Positions 51,751 through 64,000 of a DNA stretch of 64,000 bases are shown piece after piece. The notes beneath the pieces are model-generated. The model was not told where the DNA came from. It did not search any database and saw only the letters and a program-made list of their open reading frames with translations. The stretch lies in contig NZ_CAKZHQ010000043.1 of assembly GCF_936925435.1 (NCBI RefSeq), positions 8,859 through 72,858 on the forward strand, written 5' to 3'. The stretch is from an uncultured Ramlibacter sp. Its GTDB lineage: Bacteria > Pseudomonadota > Gammaproteobacteria > Burkholderiales > Burkholderiaceae_C. Every line of letters starts with the position of its first letter. The first letter of the stretch is position 1. Made by a program: the position numbers and the translations under genes.

Positions 51751-53750
51751 TGCTTGAGGACAGTGTGCGCGAGGCCTTTGCGCCCGGGGGCGTCCTGTCC
51801 CGGGCGGCCGACGAATTCCGTCCCCGGCCGCAGCAGACCGAGATGGCCATGGCTGTGGCCCGGACCATCGCCGAGGGCGGCGCCCTGGTGGTCGAGGCCG
51901 GCACCGGCGTCGGCAAGACCTTTTCCTACCTGGTGCCGGCACTGATGTCGGGCGAGCGCGTGCTGGTGTCCACCGCCACCAAGACCTTGCAGGACCAACT
52001 GTTCGGGCGCGACCTGCCGCGCCTGGTGCAGGCGCTGGGCCTGCCGCTGCGCACCGCCTTGCTCAAGGGGCGCGCCAGCTACCTGTGCCTGCACCGCATG
52101 GAACAGGCCCGCGAGCAGGCCGACCGCACCAGTGCCCGTTCCCTGGCCAGGATCGAGGAATGGTCCCAGGCCACCCGCACCGGCGACCTGGCCGAACTGC
52201 CGGGGCTGGACGAGCGCTCGCCGCTGATCCCGCTGGTCACTTCGACGCGGGAGAACTGCCTGGGCTCGCAGTGCCCGAAATTCCGTGCCTGCCATGTCAA
52301 CCTGGCCCGCAAGGAGGCCATGGCGGCCGACGTGGTGGTGGTCAACCACCACCTGTTCTTTGCCGACCTGGCGGTGCGCGAGTCAGGCATGGCCGAACTG
52401 CTGCCGACCGTGCGGGTGGCCATCTTCGACGAAGCCCACCAGCTCAACGAAACCGGCGTGCAGTTCCTGGGCACGCAGCTGACCACCGGCCAGGTGCTGG
52501 ACTTCGCGCACGACCTGCTGGCCACCGGCCTGCAGCTGGCGCGCGGCCTGGTGGACTGGCAAGGCACGGCTGCCGACGTGGAGCGCTCGGCGCGCGAGCT
52601 GCGGCTGGTGGTGGGCAAGTCCTGGCCCGGCGCCCGGCTGCGCTGGACCGGCGAAGCGCCCGAGCAGGTGCCGGCCGATGACTGGCGTCAGGCGCTGGCT
52701 GGGGTGCAGACGGCCTGCACCCGGGCGGCCCAAGCGCTGGCCACGGTCAGCGAGATCGCCCCTGACTTCACCCGCCTGGTCGAGCGTGCAGAACTGTTCG
52801 CCCAGCGGGCGGGACGCTTTACTGGCGAGTGTGAGTCCGGCGCGGTGCGCTGGGTCGATGTGGGCCAGCAGTTGCGCCTGGTGGAGTCGCCGCTTGACAT
52901 CGCACAGGCCGTGCAGGCCAAGATGCTGCGCAGCGGCGCCGAGGATGGCGAGGGCGCTTCCAGGTCCTGGATTTTCACTTCCGCGACCCTGGGCGACGAT
53001 GCCCGCCTGAGCTGGTTCACCGAGCCCTGCGGCCTGGGCGAGGCGCAGGTGCTGCGGGTGGGCAGCCCGTTCGACTATGCGCAGCAGGCGGCGCTGTACG
53101 TGCCGCGCCAGCTGGCCAAACCCAATGACCCGGCGCATAGCGCCCAGGTCGCCGCGCTGGCAGCGGACGCGGCACGCCGGCTGGGCGGGCGCACCATGGT
53201 GCTGACCACCACGCTGCGCGCCCTGCGTGCCGTCGGCGAGGACCTGCAGGCGCGCTTCGAGGGCTCGCAGCAGGTCGAGATCCTGGTCCAGGGCCAGTGG
53301 CCCAAGCGCCGCCTGATCGAACGCTTCCGCGAGGGCGCTTCCCAGGGGCGCCCGGGCTGCGTGCTGGTGGCCTCGGCCTCGTTCTGGGAAGGGGTGGACG
53401 TGCCCGGCGATGCCTTGCAGTTGGTGGTGATCGACAAGCTGCCGTTCCCGCCGCCAGGCGACCCGCTGGTCGAGGCCAGGGCCCAGCGCCTGGAGGGGCA
53501 GGGGCGCAGCGCCTTCAACGACTACTTCGTGCCGGAGGCAGCGGTGGCCCTCAAGCAGGGCGCCGGACGGCTGATCCGCCGCGAATCGGACCAGGGCCTG
53601 CTGGTGGTATGCGACACCCGGCTGGCCAGCATGGGCTACGGCAAGCGCCTGCTCGGGGCCCTGCCGCCCATGCGCAGATTGCAGTCGGAAGAGGAATTCA
53701 GTGAGGCGCTCGATGCGCTGGGCCAGAGCGCCGGCGCGTCGGCGGCCTGA
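51750..53750 (+). CDS. DinG/YoaA-family Fe-S DNA helicase
   Basis: EAGTGVGKT, Fe-S Cys (YLC, ENC..C..C), DEAH, SATL, FWEGVD and QGAGRLIR motifs. Confidence 0.93.
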   Translation: MLEDSVREAFAPGGVLSRAADEFRPRPQQTEMAMAVARTIAEGGALVVEAGTGVGKTFSYLVPALMSGERVLVSTATKTLQDQLFGRDLPRLVQALGLPLRTALLKGRASYLCLHRMEQAREQADRTSARSLARIEEWSQATRTGDLAELPGLDERSPLIPLVTSTRENCLGSQCPKFRACHVNLARKEAMAADVVVVNHHLFFADLAVRESGMAELLPTVRVAIFDEAHQLNETGVQFLGTQLTTGQVLDFAHDLLATGLQLARGLVDWQGTAADVERSARELRLVVGKSWPGARLRWTGEAPEQVPADDWRQALAGVQTACTRAAQALATVSEIAPDFTRLVERAELFAQRAGRFTGECESGAVRWVDVGQQLRLVESPLDIAQAVQAKMLRSGAEDGEGASRSWIFTSATLGDDARLSWFTEPCGLGEAQVLRVGSPFDYAQQAALYVPRQLAKPNDPAHSAQVAALAADAARRLGGRTMVLTTTLRALRAVGEDLQARFEGSQQVEILVQGQWPKRRLIERFREGASQGRPGCVLVASASFWEGVDVPGDALQLVVIDKLPFPPPGDPLVEARAQRLEGQGRSAFNDYFVPEAAVALKQGAGRLIRRESDQGLLVVCDTRLASMGYGKRLLGALPPMRRLQSEEEFSEALDALGQSAGASAA

Positions 53751-53756
53751 GCAGGT

Positions 53757-54569
53757 CTACCAGAACTTCCACCAGGCGTTCTGCGAGCCCTTGCCGCCTT
53801 GCGTCAGGTAGGCGCTGGCGGGGTAATTCTTCTCCAGCACGCGGCGCGTGTCGCCGGCCAGCTGCTCCATGCCCAGCGCGGTGTACGAGCGGTACAGGAT
53901 GAACAGGGCCTCTTCGATCGCCGGCACGTCCTGGTACTCGGTCACCGCGACCTGGGCCCGGCTGACGGCCGCCACATAGGCGCCGCGGCTGAGGTAGTAG
54001 CGGGCGACATGCACCTCATACTGCGCCAGCGAATTGACGATGTAGGTCATGCGGGCTCGGGCGTCGGGCGTGTAGCGCGACTCCGGGTAGCGCGCGACCA
54101 GTTCCTTGAAGGCCTCAAAGGATTCCTTGGCCGCCTTCTGGTCGCGCTCGGACAGGTCCTGCTGCGTGATGAAGGAGAACATGCCCAGGTTGTCGTTGAA
54201 GTTGACGATGCCCTTGAGATACAGGGCATAGTCGAGCGCCGGGCTGGCCGGGTGCAGCTTGATGAAGCGGTCCAGTGTGGACTGCGCCTGCGCTTGTTCG
54301 CCGGCCTTGTAGTGGGCATAGGCCTTTTCCAGCTGGGCCTGCTGCGCCAGCGGCGTGCCGGCGGCGCGGCCCTCGAGCTTTTCGAACAGTGGGATCGCCT
54401 TGTCGTAGGCGCCCGAGTTCATTTCGTCCTTGGCCTCGGCATAAATCCGGTTGGGGCTCCAGGCAGCAGTCTTGTCGTCCGGCGTGGACGAACAGCCCGC
54501 GAGCAATGCCGCCAGGACCAGTGCGCCCGGCAGCAGGACTGGGACAACCGATAATTTGGCTCGAAGCAT
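53757..54569 (-). CDS. bamD: Outer membrane protein assembly factor BamD
   Basis: LAGC lipobox; TPR repeats; RFIKLHP; YPESRY; divergent from rluD. Confidence 0.93.
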   Translation of the reverse strand: MLRAKLSVVPVLLPGALVLAALLAGCSSTPDDKTAAWSPNRIYAEAKDEMNSGAYDKAIPLFEKLEGRAAGTPLAQQAQLEKAYAHYKAGEQAQAQSTLDRFIKLHPASPALDYALYLKGIVNFNDNLGMFSFITQQDLSERDQKAAKESFEAFKELVARYPESRYTPDARARMTYIVNSLAQYEVHVARYYLSRGAYVAAVSRAQVAVTEYQDVPAIEEALFILYRSYTALGMEQLAGDTRRVLEKNYPASAYLTQGGKGSQNAWWKFW

Positions 54570-54583
54570 CAGCACGGACTTTC

Positions 54584-55633
54584 TTGAAACAGGGCAAATT
54601 CATTCTATCAGCCGACCCTTTGCCGCCAGAGGCGCAGCAGGTGCTGGACGAGGCCGCCGACGCCGGCCCCGAGCTGGAACTGCGGGCTTTCGCCATCGAT
54701 GCCACGCGCGACGGCGAGCGGCTGGACCGCGCCCTGGCCGCGCTGGTGCCGGAGTTCTCCCGCAGCTACCTGCAGCAACTCCTCGAGGCCGGCTCGGTGC
54801 GCCTGAACGGCCGGCCTTGCCTGCGCTCGGCGCACAAGGTGCGCGCCGGCGACACGGGCGAGGTCGAGCTGCGGCCCACGCCGCAGAGCCAGGCCTTCAA
54901 GGCCGAGCCCATGGCGCTGTCGGTGGTCTATGAGGACGAACACCTGCTGGTGGTCGACAAGCCGGCCGGCCTGGTGGTGCATCCCGCGCCGGGCAACTGG
55001 AGCGGGACTCTGCTCAATGGCCTGCTGGCGCGCGACGACAAGGCCGCACTGCTGCCGCGCGCTGGCATCGTGCACCGGCTGGACAAGGACACCAGCGGCC
55101 TGATGGTGGTGGCGCGTACCCGCGCCACCATGGATGCCCTGGTACGGCTGATCGCGGCGCGCGAGGTGACGCGCCAGTACGTGGCGCTGGCGCACCGGCC
55201 CTGGCTGGGGGCGCGCCGGCGCGAGGTGAACGAGGCGGTCGGCCGCGACCCGCGCAACCGGCTTCGCATGGCGGCCGTCGACATGGACAAGACCGCCGGA
55301 AAGGCGGCGTCCACCTTGTTTGAATTGCTGCAAAATTGTGAGCATGGCTGCTGGGTGCAGGCGAGCTTGAGGACGGGACGCACGCACCAGATCCGCGTCC
55401 ACATGGCGCACATCGGCCATCCGCTGGTGGCCGACGGCCTGTACGGCGGCGCGCCGGCGGCAGGCATGCAGCGCCAGGCCTTGCACGCTTTCCGGCTGGC
55501 CTTCGTTCATCCTGTCACCGGCCAGCCGCTGGCGTTCCAGTCCGTGCCGCCGGCCGACCTGTCGGCGGCACTGCGCGACTGGGGGCTGCGTTACAATGAA
55601 TCTGAATGGCTCAAGAGCCACGCCCCCGGCTAG
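54584..55633 (+). CDS. rluD: RluA/RluD-family pseudouridine synthase (start uncertain)
   Basis: S4-like RLD..SRS; KPAGLVVHP; HRLDKDTSG; TGRTHQIRVH. Confidence 0.88.
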   Translation: MKQGKFILSADPLPPEAQQVLDEAADAGPELELRAFAIDATRDGERLDRALAALVPEFSRSYLQQLLEAGSVRLNGRPCLRSAHKVRAGDTGEVELRPTPQSQAFKAEPMALSVVYEDEHLLVVDKPAGLVVHPAPGNWSGTLLNGLLARDDKAALLPRAGIVHRLDKDTSGLMVVARTRATMDALVRLIAAREVTRQYVALAHRPWLGARRREVNEAVGRDPRNRLRMAAVDMDKTAGKAASTLFELLQNCEHGCWVQASLRTGRTHQIRVHMAHIGHPLVADGLYGGAPAAGMQRQALHAFRLAFVHPVTGQPLAFQSVPPADLSAALRDWGLRYNESEWLKSHAPG

Positions 55634-55750
55634 CCCGCGGTGGCAGGCGCCCGGTAGGCAATGGCCGTGCGCAGCAGCGAGAGAATCGCCCCGGATTGGC
55701 CCTGAGACCCACGCGCCCGAATGGCGCCTTTTCCGAAGAACCGCAAGACC

Positions 55751-56461
55751 ATGAATACGACGGATGCCAAGCGCGTCCTGGAAACTGCCTTGATCTGCTC
55801 GCAGCAGCCCCTGCCCGTGCGGGAGCTGCGCGTGCTGTTCAACGACGAACTGGGCGCCGACACGATCAAGACCCTGCTGCAGGACCTGCAGAACGACTGG
55901 GCGCAGCGTGGTGTCGAACTGGTGAGCGTGGCTAGCGGCTGGCGTTTTCAGAGCCGGCCCGAGATGCGCGAGCACCTGGACCGCCTGCACCCGGAAAAGC
56001 CGCCCAAGTACACCCGGGCCACCCTGGAGACGCTGGCCATCATCGCCTACCGGCAGCCGGTCACGCGCGGTGACATGGAAGATATCCGCGGTGTGACCAT
56101 CAACAGCCTGATCCTCAAGCAGCTTGAGGACCGCGGCTGGGTCGAGGTGATCGGCCACCGCGAGGCGCCCGGTCGGCCGGCGCTGTTCGCCACCACCCGC
56201 CAGTTCCTGGACGACCTGGGCCTGGAGTCGCTGGACCAGCTGCCCCTGCTGGACAGCCCTGCCCAGCAAGCCAGTGTGCTGGAGTCGCTGGGCGCTGCCG
56301 CCCAGGCGCTGCAGCTGCAACCCGGCCTGGAAATGGAAGCGCTGGCGCAGACCGAGCCAGCACCAGCGCAAGCCGGCGGCGAGCCGCCGGCTGATCTCTC
56401 CCCCGATGAAGCCGTGGCCGACGACGAGGACCCGGCAGCCTTGACCCAAGAAAAAGCATGA
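55751..56461 (+). CDS. scpB: SMC-Scp complex subunit ScpB
   Basis: [23 protein letters not shown] and FL..LGL motifs. Confidence 0.95.
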   Translation: MNTTDAKRVLETALICSQQPLPVRELRVLFNDELGADTIKTLLQDLQNDWAQRGVELVSVASGWRFQSRPEMREHLDRLHPEKPPKYTRATLETLAIIAYRQPVTRGDMEDIRGVTINSLILKQLEDRGWVEVIGHREAPGRPALFATTRQFLDDLGLESLDQLPLLDSPAQQASVLESLGAAAQALQLQPGLEMEALAQTEPAPAQAGGEPPADLSPDEAVADDEDPAALTQEKA

Positions 56462-57915
56462 ACGATCCCACCGAAGGCCAAGGCGTACCCGATCCCGAGA
56501 CCGTGGAGACGGACACGCCGCCCGTGCCGGCCCAGCCCGTGCAGCGGCAAGCAGCCAGCGCCGACAGCCATGAGGACGACGACCTCGATCTGGACGAAGA
56601 CGAAGATGAGGACGGTGATGAGCCGCGCCAGGGCCGCCAGGCCGACGCCGCGCCCACGGTACCCATCCGTTTCGAGGACGTGGTGTCCGGCCAGTTCGAC
56701 GCCGACGAGGGCAGCGCCGAGGTCACCCTGCCCAAGCGGGTGCTGGGTGCACAGGCCGAGACCCCCAAGCTGCACAAGGTGCTGGCGCAGTCCGGCCTGG
56801 GCTCGCGGCTGGAGATGGAGCAGCTGATCATGGAGGGCCGGATCTCGGTCAACAACGAGCCCGCCCACATCGGCCAGCGCATCCAGTTCGGCGACCAGAT
56901 CAAGATCAATGGCAAGCCCATCCGCTTTCGCATCGCGCCGCCGCCGGCACGGGTGATCGCCTACCACAAGCCGGTGGGCGAAGTCGTGACCCATGATGAT
57001 CCGCAAAATCGTCCCACGGTCTTTCGCAAACTGCCCAAGCTCTACCAGGGCAAGTGGCAGTCGGTCGGCCGGCTCGACCTGAACACCGAAGGGCTGCTGC
57101 TGTTCACCAGCTCGGGCGAACTGGCCAACCGGCTGATGCATCCGCGCTTCGGCCTGGAGCGCGAGTACGCCGTGCGCGTGCTGGGTGCCCTGAGCGGCGA
57201 GGAAAAGAAACGCTTGCTCGACGGCATCGAGCTGGAAGACGGCCGGGCACAGTTCCGCTCGATCGAGGACGGCGGCGGCGAAGGCGCCAACACATGGTAC
57301 CGGGTGACGATTTCCGAGGGCCGCAACCGCGAGGTGCGCCGCCTGTTCGAGGGCCTGGGCCATGCCGTCAGCCGGCTGATCCGCATCCGCTATGGCGCCA
57401 TGCTGCTGCCCAGGGGCCTCAAGCGCGGCGCTTTCATGGAACTGGACGAGCGCGACATCCGCTCCCTGATGCAGGCTGCCGGCGAATCCGGCGCCGGCGC
57501 ACCGCCGCGTGAGACCTCGGAAGAGGGCGAAGGCCGGGGCGGCCGCAACCGCCGGCGCGGCAACCGCACCGGGGGTCCGCGGGGCGCCGGCGGCGAAGGC
57601 CAGCAGCGCGGGCCGGGCGGTCCGCAGCAGCGCGGCGGTGGCCAAGGCCAAGGCCAGAAGCGTCGCAACGACCGTAACGACCGCGGCAACGACCGTGGTG
57701 GTGACCGTCAGGGTGGCGGCAGCGCCCAGCCCGATCCGATGAAAACCGCTTTCGGCTACATCGGCGCCGACAGCTTCACCCGCCAGCGCCAGGGCGGCCA
57801 GGGGCAAGGCCCCGGCGGTCCGCGCCGTGGTGGTGGTGGTGGTGGTGGTGGTGGTGGTGGTGGTACGGGCGGTGGTGGTGGCGGCGGACAGCGCCGCGGC
57901 GGCCGCGGCCGTTAG
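56458..57915 (+). CDS. rluB: RsuA-family pseudouridine synthase (RluB-like) with disordered tails
   Basis: KLHKVLA S4 domain; [18 protein letters not shown]. Confidence 0.9.
   Translation: MNDPTEGQGVPDPETVETDTPPVPAQPVQRQAASADSHEDDDLDLDEDEDEDGDEPRQGRQADAAPTVPIRFEDVVSGQFDADEGSAEVTLPKRVLGAQAETPKLHKVLAQSGLGSRLEMEQLIMEGRISVNNEPAHIGQRIQFGDQIKINGKPIRFRIAPPPARVIAYHKPVGEVVTHDDPQNRPTVFRKLPKLYQGKWQSVGRLDLNTEGLLLFTSSGELANRLMHPRFGLEREYAVRVLGALSGEEKKRLLDGIELEDGRAQFRSIEDGGGEGANTWYRVTISEGRNREVRRLFEGLGHAVSRLIRIRYGAMLLPRGLKRGAFMELDERDIRSLMQAAGESGAGAPPRETSEEGEGRGGRNRRRGNRTGGPRGAGGEGQQRGPGGPQQRGGGQGQGQKRRNDRNDRGNDRGGDRQGGGSAQPDPMKTAFGYIGADSFTRQRQGGQGQGPGGPRRGGGGGGGGGGGGTGGGGGGGQRRGGRGR
57829..57864 (+). repeat. 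Perfect (GGT)12 microsatellite
   Basis: Counted directly; encodes Gly12. Confidence 0.95.
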
Positions 57916-58005
57916 CGCGTCATCCGCGCGGGTTAAAATTCGAGGCTTTGCCGAAACTTTGGAATGCGGCAAAACCCTAACAATTCAATTCACAGGAAAT
58001 CCAAC

Positions 58006-58431
58006 ATGGCAATCGAACGCACTCTCTCCATCATCAAGCCCGACGCAGTGGCGAAAAACGTGATCGGCCAGATCTACGCCCGCTTCGAAGCCGCCGGCCT
58101 GAAGGTCGTGGCCGCCCGTATGGCCCACCTGTCGCGCGGCGAAGCCGAGCAGTTCTACGCCGTCCACAAGGAGCGCCCCTTCTTCAAGGATCTGGTCGAA
58201 TTCATGATCTCCGGCCCGGTGATGATCCAGGCGCTCGAGGGCGAGAACGCCGTCCTGAAGAACCGTGAGCTGATGGGCGCCACCGACCCCAAGAAGGCCG
58301 ACAAGGGCACCATCCGCGCCGACTTCGCCGACAGCATCGACGCCAACGCCGTGCACGGCTCGGACGCCGTCGACACCGCCAAGGTGGAAGTGGGCTTCTT
58401 CTTCCCCGGCATGAACGTCTATTCCCGCTAA
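58006..58431 (+). CDS. ndk: Nucleoside diphosphate kinase
   Basis: [14 protein letters not shown] and NAVHGSD motifs. Confidence 0.98.
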   Translation: MAIERTLSIIKPDAVAKNVIGQIYARFEAAGLKVVAARMAHLSRGEAEQFYAVHKERPFFKDLVEFMISGPVMIQALEGENAVLKNRELMGATDPKKADKGTIRADFADSIDANAVHGSDAVDTAKVEVGFFFPGMNVYSR

Positions 58432-58440
58432 GGCGGGAAT
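58421..58440 (+). repeat. REP/dRS3-like palindrome over the ndk stop codon
   Basis: ATTCCCGC-TAAG-GCGGGAAT. Confidence 0.55.
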
Positions 58441-58450
58441 CCCGCATGCA

Positions 58451-59605
58451 ATGACGGCCAATCTTCTCGACTTCGATCTGGAGGGGCTGGCCGCGTTTTG
58501 CGAAACGCTGGGCGAGAAGCGCTTCCGCGCCACCCAGCTGTTCCGCTGGATCCACCAGCGCGGCGCGCGCGACTTCGGCCAGATGAGCGACCTGGCGAAA
58601 TCGCTGCGCGAGAAGCTCGCCACCACCGCCCGGGTCGAAGGCCTGCAGGTCATCAGCCAGCAGGAGTCCACCGACGGCACCATCAAGTGGCTGTTCGATG
58701 TGGGCAATGGCGACGCCGTCGAGGCGGTTTTCATCCCCGAGGACGACCGCGGCACGCTGTGCGTGTCGTCACAGGCCGGCTGCGCCGTCGGCTGTCGCTT
58801 CTGCTCCACCGGCCACCAGGGCTTTTCCCGCAACCTCAGCACCGGCGAGATCGTCGCCCAACTCTGGTTCGCCGAGCACTTCCTGCGCCAGCATCTCAAG
58901 CGCAACGAACGCGTCATCTCCAATGTGGTGATGATGGGCATGGGCGAGCCGCTGCAAAACTACTCGGCCCTGGTGCCCGCGTTGCGCGTCATGCTGGACG
59001 ACCACGGCTATGGCCTGTCGCGCCGCCGCGTCACCGTCTCGACCTCCGGCGTGGTGCCGATGATGGACAGGCTGGGGCAGGACTGTCCGGTGGCGCTGGC
59101 GGTCTCGCTGCATGCGCCCAACGACGCGTTGCGCGACAACCTGGTGCCACTCAATAAAAAATATCCGCTGGCCGAGCTGCTGGACACCTGCATCCGCTAC
59201 CTCGAGCATGCGCCGCGCGACTTCATCACCTTCGAGTACTGCATGCTCGATGGCGTCAACGACCTGCCCGAGCACGCGCAGCAGCTGGTGGACCTTGTTA
59301 CGCGCCATGGCGGCCGCGGCGTGTCGTGCAAGATCAACCTGATTCCCTTCAATCCATTTCCGCAGTCGGGCCTGACGCGTTCGCCCAACAAGCAGGTCGT
59401 CGCTTTCGCGAAAATCCTCAGTGATGCTGGTATCGTCACCACTGTGCGCAAAACCAGGGGGGACGACATCGACGCGGCCTGCGGACAGCTCGCCGGCGAT
59501 GTCAAGGACCGCACCCGTGTGGGCCAGCGGATCGCCCAGCAGCGCACTGTGGTGCTGAAACAGATGCCGGCGGTGGCTGCCACCGCCAAGGAGACATCGC
59601 GATGA
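58451..59605 (+). CDS. rlmN: 23S rRNA/tRNA m2A methyltransferase (radical SAM)
   Basis: [21 protein letters not shown] and AACGQL motifs. Confidence 0.97.
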   Translation: MTANLLDFDLEGLAAFCETLGEKRFRATQLFRWIHQRGARDFGQMSDLAKSLREKLATTARVEGLQVISQQESTDGTIKWLFDVGNGDAVEAVFIPEDDRGTLCVSSQAGCAVGCRFCSTGHQGFSRNLSTGEIVAQLWFAEHFLRQHLKRNERVISNVVMMGMGEPLQNYSALVPALRVMLDDHGYGLSRRRVTVSTSGVVPMMDRLGQDCPVALAVSLHAPNDALRDNLVPLNKKYPLAELLDTCIRYLEHAPRDFITFEYCMLDGVNDLPEHAQQLVDLVTRHGGRGVSCKINLIPFNPFPQSGLTRSPNKQVVAFAKILSDAGIVTTVRKTRGDDIDAACGQLAGDVKDRTRVGQRIAQQRTVVLKQMPAVAATAKETSR

Positions 59606-60427
59606 GGATCTGCGTTGGGCGGGGGGTGGCGGCTTGGGGCGGTTTGCTGCCATGGGCCTGCCTCATGGGGGCGCTGCTGGCGCTTGCGGGATGTGCCAAC
59701 AAGCCCGGCGAAGCTTCGGCAGCGTCGACCGCCGACGTCATGACGGCGTCGGACGAGCCCGAGGCACGCAAGCGCGCCCGCATCCGCATGGAACTGGCCG
59801 TGGGCTATTTCGAGCAGGGCAAGACCGACATCGCCCTGGACGAACTCAAGCAGGTCATCACCATCGACCCGAGCTTTCCCGAGGCCTACAGCATGCGGGG
59901 CGTGATCTACATGCGCATGAACGACCTGCGTCTGGCGGAAGACAGCTTCAAGCGGGCGCTGGCGCTCAACCCGCGCGACGCCAACGCGCTGCACAACCTG
60001 GGCTGGCTGCAATGCCAGCAAGCCCGTTACAGCGAGGCCCAGGTGTCCTTCACGGCGGCCATGGCCAACCCCATGTACCAGGACCGTGCCAAGACCCTGA
60101 TGACCCAGGGCCTGTGCGAGGCGCGCGCCGGCCGCAAGGCCGACGCCGAGCGCAGCCTGGCGCGTTCCCTTGAGCTCGATGCCGCCAACCCGGTGACCGG
60201 GTACAACCTGGCCAACCTGCTGTACCAACGCGGCGAGTTGGTGCGTTCGCAGTTCTACATCCGACGCCTGAACAACAGCGATCTGGCCAATGCCGAGAGC
60301 CTGTGGCTGGGCATCAAGGTCGAGCGCAAGCTCAACGACCGCGTGGCCATGAACCAGCTGGGCGAGCAGCTGCGCAAGCGCTTCCCGCAATCGCGCCAGG
60401 TCGCAGCCTATGACCGTGGAGCCTTCG

Positions 60428-60435
<8 letters not shown>
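59602..60435 (+). CDS. pilW: Type IV pilus biogenesis/stability TPR lipoprotein PilW/PilF
   Basis: LAGC lipobox; TPR repeats; position between rlmN and rodZ; start uncertain. Confidence 0.85.
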
Positions 60436-61419
<984 letters not shown>

Positions 61420-61420
<1 letters not shown>

Positions 61421-62700
61421 TGAGCGAACAACCCTGCCTGCCCATCGAGGCGGCGGCGCCCAAGGCCCGCCGTTCGCGCCAGGCGCGCACCGTCTGGGGC
61501 TCGCGCGTCGTCACCGTGGGCGGCGACGCGCCGGTGCGCGTGCAGTCGATGACCAACACCGACACGGTGGACGCCATCGGCACGGCCATCCAGGTCAAGG
61601 AGCTGGCCATCGCCGGTTCCGAGATGGTCCGCATCACGGTGAACACGCCGGAGGCGGCGGCGCAGGTGCCGTTCATCCGCGAGCAGCTCGATCGCATGGG
61701 CATCGACGTGCCCCTGATCGGCGACTTCCACTACAACGGCCACCGCCTGCTCACCGACTACCCGGACTGCGCGCAGGCCCTGTCCAAGTACCGCATCAAT
61801 CCCGGCAATGTGGGCAAGGGCGACAAGCACGACCGCCAGTTCGGCCAGATGATCGAGGCGGCGATGCGCTGGAACAAGTCAGTGCGCATCGGCGTCAACT
61901 GGGGCAGCCTGGACCAGGAACTGCTGGCCAGCCTGATGGACACCAACAGCGCCCGCGCCCAGCCCTGGGACGCCAAGGCCGTGATGTACGAGGCCCTGAT
62001 CACCTCGGCCATCGAGTCGGCCAAGCGGGCCGAAGGAATGGGCATGGACGGCAGCCAGATCATCCTGTCGTGCAAGGTCAGCGGCGTGCAGGACCTGGTC
62101 TCGGTCTACCGCGAACTGGCCAAACGCTGCGACTACGCGCTGCACCTGGGCCTGACCGAGGCCGGCATGGGCACCAAGGGCACGGTGGCCTCGGCAGTCG
62201 CCCTGGGCATCCTGCTGCAGGAGGGCATCGGCGACACCATCCGCGTCTCACTCACGCCCCAGCCGGGCGAGTCGCGCACGCAGGAGGTGGTGATCGCCTC
62301 CGAGATCCTGCAGTCACTGGGCCTGCGCAGCTTCGTGCCCAGCGTCACGGCCTGCCCGGGGTGCGGGCGCACCACCAGCACCACCTTCCAGGAACTGGCC
62401 AAGCAGATCGACGACTACCTGCGCGCCCAGATGCCGGTCTGGCGCAAGAAATATCCCGGCGTCGAGAAGATGAAGGTGGCCGTGATGGGCTGCATCGTCA
62501 ACGGCCCCGGCGAGAGCAAGCACGCCGACATCGGCATCAGCCTGCCGGGCACCGGCGAGGCGCCCGCCGCGCCGGTCTACATCGACGGCGAGAAGGCCTT
62601 GACACTGCGCGGCGAGAACATCGCCACCGAGTTCCACCAGCTCGTCGAAAACTACATTGAACAGCGTTTCGGTCGCCAGCAGGCCGCCGAAACCGCCTGA
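61420..62700 (+). CDS. ispG: 4-hydroxy-3-methylbut-2-enyl diphosphate synthase
   Basis: [28 protein letters not shown] and [10 protein letters not shown] motifs. Confidence 0.97.
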
Positions 62701-62714
62701 CCCCCCGGGACACC

Positions 62715-64000
62715 ATGGCCGAGAAACTCAATGCCGTCAAAGGCATGAACGACATCTTGCCGCCCTCCGTGCCGCGCACGGAGAAGCTGCCCGACTCCGC
62801 CTTGTGGCAATGGTTTGAAGAGACCGTGCGCAAGGTGCTGGCCAGCTACGGCTACCAGAACCTGCTCACGCCCATCGTCGAGCCCACGGCCCTGTTCGTG
62901 CGCGGCCTGGGCGAGGTGACCGACATCGTCGAGAAGGAGATGTACTCCTTCGTCGACAGCATGAACGGCGACAGGCTGACCCTGCGGCCCGAGGCCACGG
63001 CCGGCATCGTGCGCGCCGTGATCGAGCACAACGCGCTGTACAACGGGCCGCTGCGGGTCTGGACGGTCGGCCCGATGTTCCGCCACGAGCGTCCGCAAAA
63101 GGGCCGCTACCGGCAGTTCCACCAGCTGGACGTCGAGGCGCTGGGCCTGGCCGGCCCCGATGTGGATGCCGAGATGATCCTCATCGCCCGCGCCCTGTGG
63201 CGCGAGCTGGGCCTGATCGAAGGCCAGCATGTCCGTCTGGAACTCAACAGCCTGGGCCAGCCCCAGGAGCGCCGCGCCCACCGCGAGGCACTGGTGCGCC
63301 ATTTCGAGGCCCATGCCGCGCAGCTGGACGAGGAGGCCACACGCCGCCTGCACAGCAACCCGCTGCGCATCCTGGACAGCAAGAACCCGGCGATGCAGGC
63401 CTTGATCGAGCAGGCGCCCAAGCTGATGGACTTTCTGGGGACTGAGTCGCTGGCGCACTTCCAGTCGGTCTGTGCCGTGCTCGACGCCGTCGGTCTGGCC
63501 TACAGCGTCAACCCGCGCCTGGTGCGCGGCATGGACTACTACAACCTGACGGTGTTCGAGTGGGTCACGGACCAGCTCGGATCGCAGGGCACGGTCTGCG
63601 GCGGCGGCCGCTATGACGGCCTGATCGAGCAGTTGGGCGGCAAGAGCGCGCCGGCTGTTGGTTTTGGCCTGGGCATCGAGCGCCTGCTGCTGCTGGTCCA
63701 GGCCCTGCGCCTGCCGGTGCCCGACGCGGCGCCCGACGTTTACGCCATCGTGCCGCCGGGCACGCCGCTGGCGCCGGTGGCGGCCACGCTCGAAGCGCTG
63801 CGCGCCCAGGGCGTGCGGGTGCTGCAGCACGGCGCCGGTGCCGAGGGCCTGGGCAGCATGAAATCGCAGTTCAAGAAAGCCGACGGCAGCGGCGCCGCCT
63901 ATGCGCTGATCTTCGGCGCCGACGAACTGGCCGCCGGTGAAGTGACTGTCAAGTCGCTGCGCGACGGCAGCGGGGCGCAGCAGCGCCAGAGCCTGGCCGC
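62715..64000 (+). CDS. hisS: Histidine--tRNA ligase (runs off the window edge)
   Basis: Not in the ORF track. Hand translation gives [40 protein letters not shown] and GGGRYD. Confidence 0.97.
   Translation, partial: MAEKLNAVKGMNDILPPSVPRTEKLPDSALWQWFEETVRKVLASYGYQNLLTPIVEPTALFVRGLGEVTDIVEKEMYSFVDSMNGDRLTLRPEATAGIVRAVIEHNALYNGPLRVWTVGPMFRHERPQKGRYRQFHQLDVEALGLAGPDVDAEMILIARALWRELGLIEGQHVRLELNSLGQPQERRAHREALVRHFEAHAAQLDEEATRRLHSNPLRILDSKNPAMQALIEQAPKLMDFLGTESLAHFQSVCAVLDAVGLAYSVNPRLVRGMDYYNLTVFEWVTDQLGSQGTVCGGGRYDGLIEQLGGKSAPAVGFGLGIERLLLLVQALRLPVPDAAPDVYAIVPPGTPLAPVAATLEALRAQGVRVLQHGAGAEGLGSMKSQFKKADGSGAAYALIFGADELAAGEVTVKSLRDGSGAQQRQSLA

Noticed and set aside
55751..56461. scpB without adjacent scpA or smc
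   Set aside because: Partners are commonly encoded elsewhere, and absence cannot be judged from one window.

Overview
GC-rich betaproteobacterial chromosome segment; gene content and order suggest Burkholderiales, probably Comamonadaceae. It is mostly core metabolism and housekeeping: dnaQ, tRNA-Val(CAC), pyrD, rpiA, prlC, folD, a FixL/FixJ-like pair, aceEF-lpdA, prpE, the sucA RNA motif with sucAB-lpdA-zapE, a DinG/YoaA helicase, bamD, rluD-scpB-rluB and ndk-rlmN-pilW-rodZ-ispG-hisS. Two accessory blocks stand out. The first (1-11339) is an uncharacterised GntR-controlled catabolic operon encoding Liv-type ABC and Bug transport, a LeuC/LeuD-like hydro-lyase, a cyclic amidohydrolase and a flavoprotein. 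The second (30978-35675) is an operon joining a Tat-exported IorAB-type molybdo-oxidoreductase to a non-canonical SoxXYZA module whose SoxY ends in AACIE, with no soxB or soxCD in the window. Two further highlights: a proteasome-like Thr1 hydrolase (BPH-like) lies inside the PDH operon, and a 56-bp hairpin-ended repeat occurs six times, three of them in-frame in linkers of 2-oxoacid dehydrogenase subunits. No transposase, integrase, prophage or CRISPR array was seen. All calls come from reading motifs by eye; no database searches were run.
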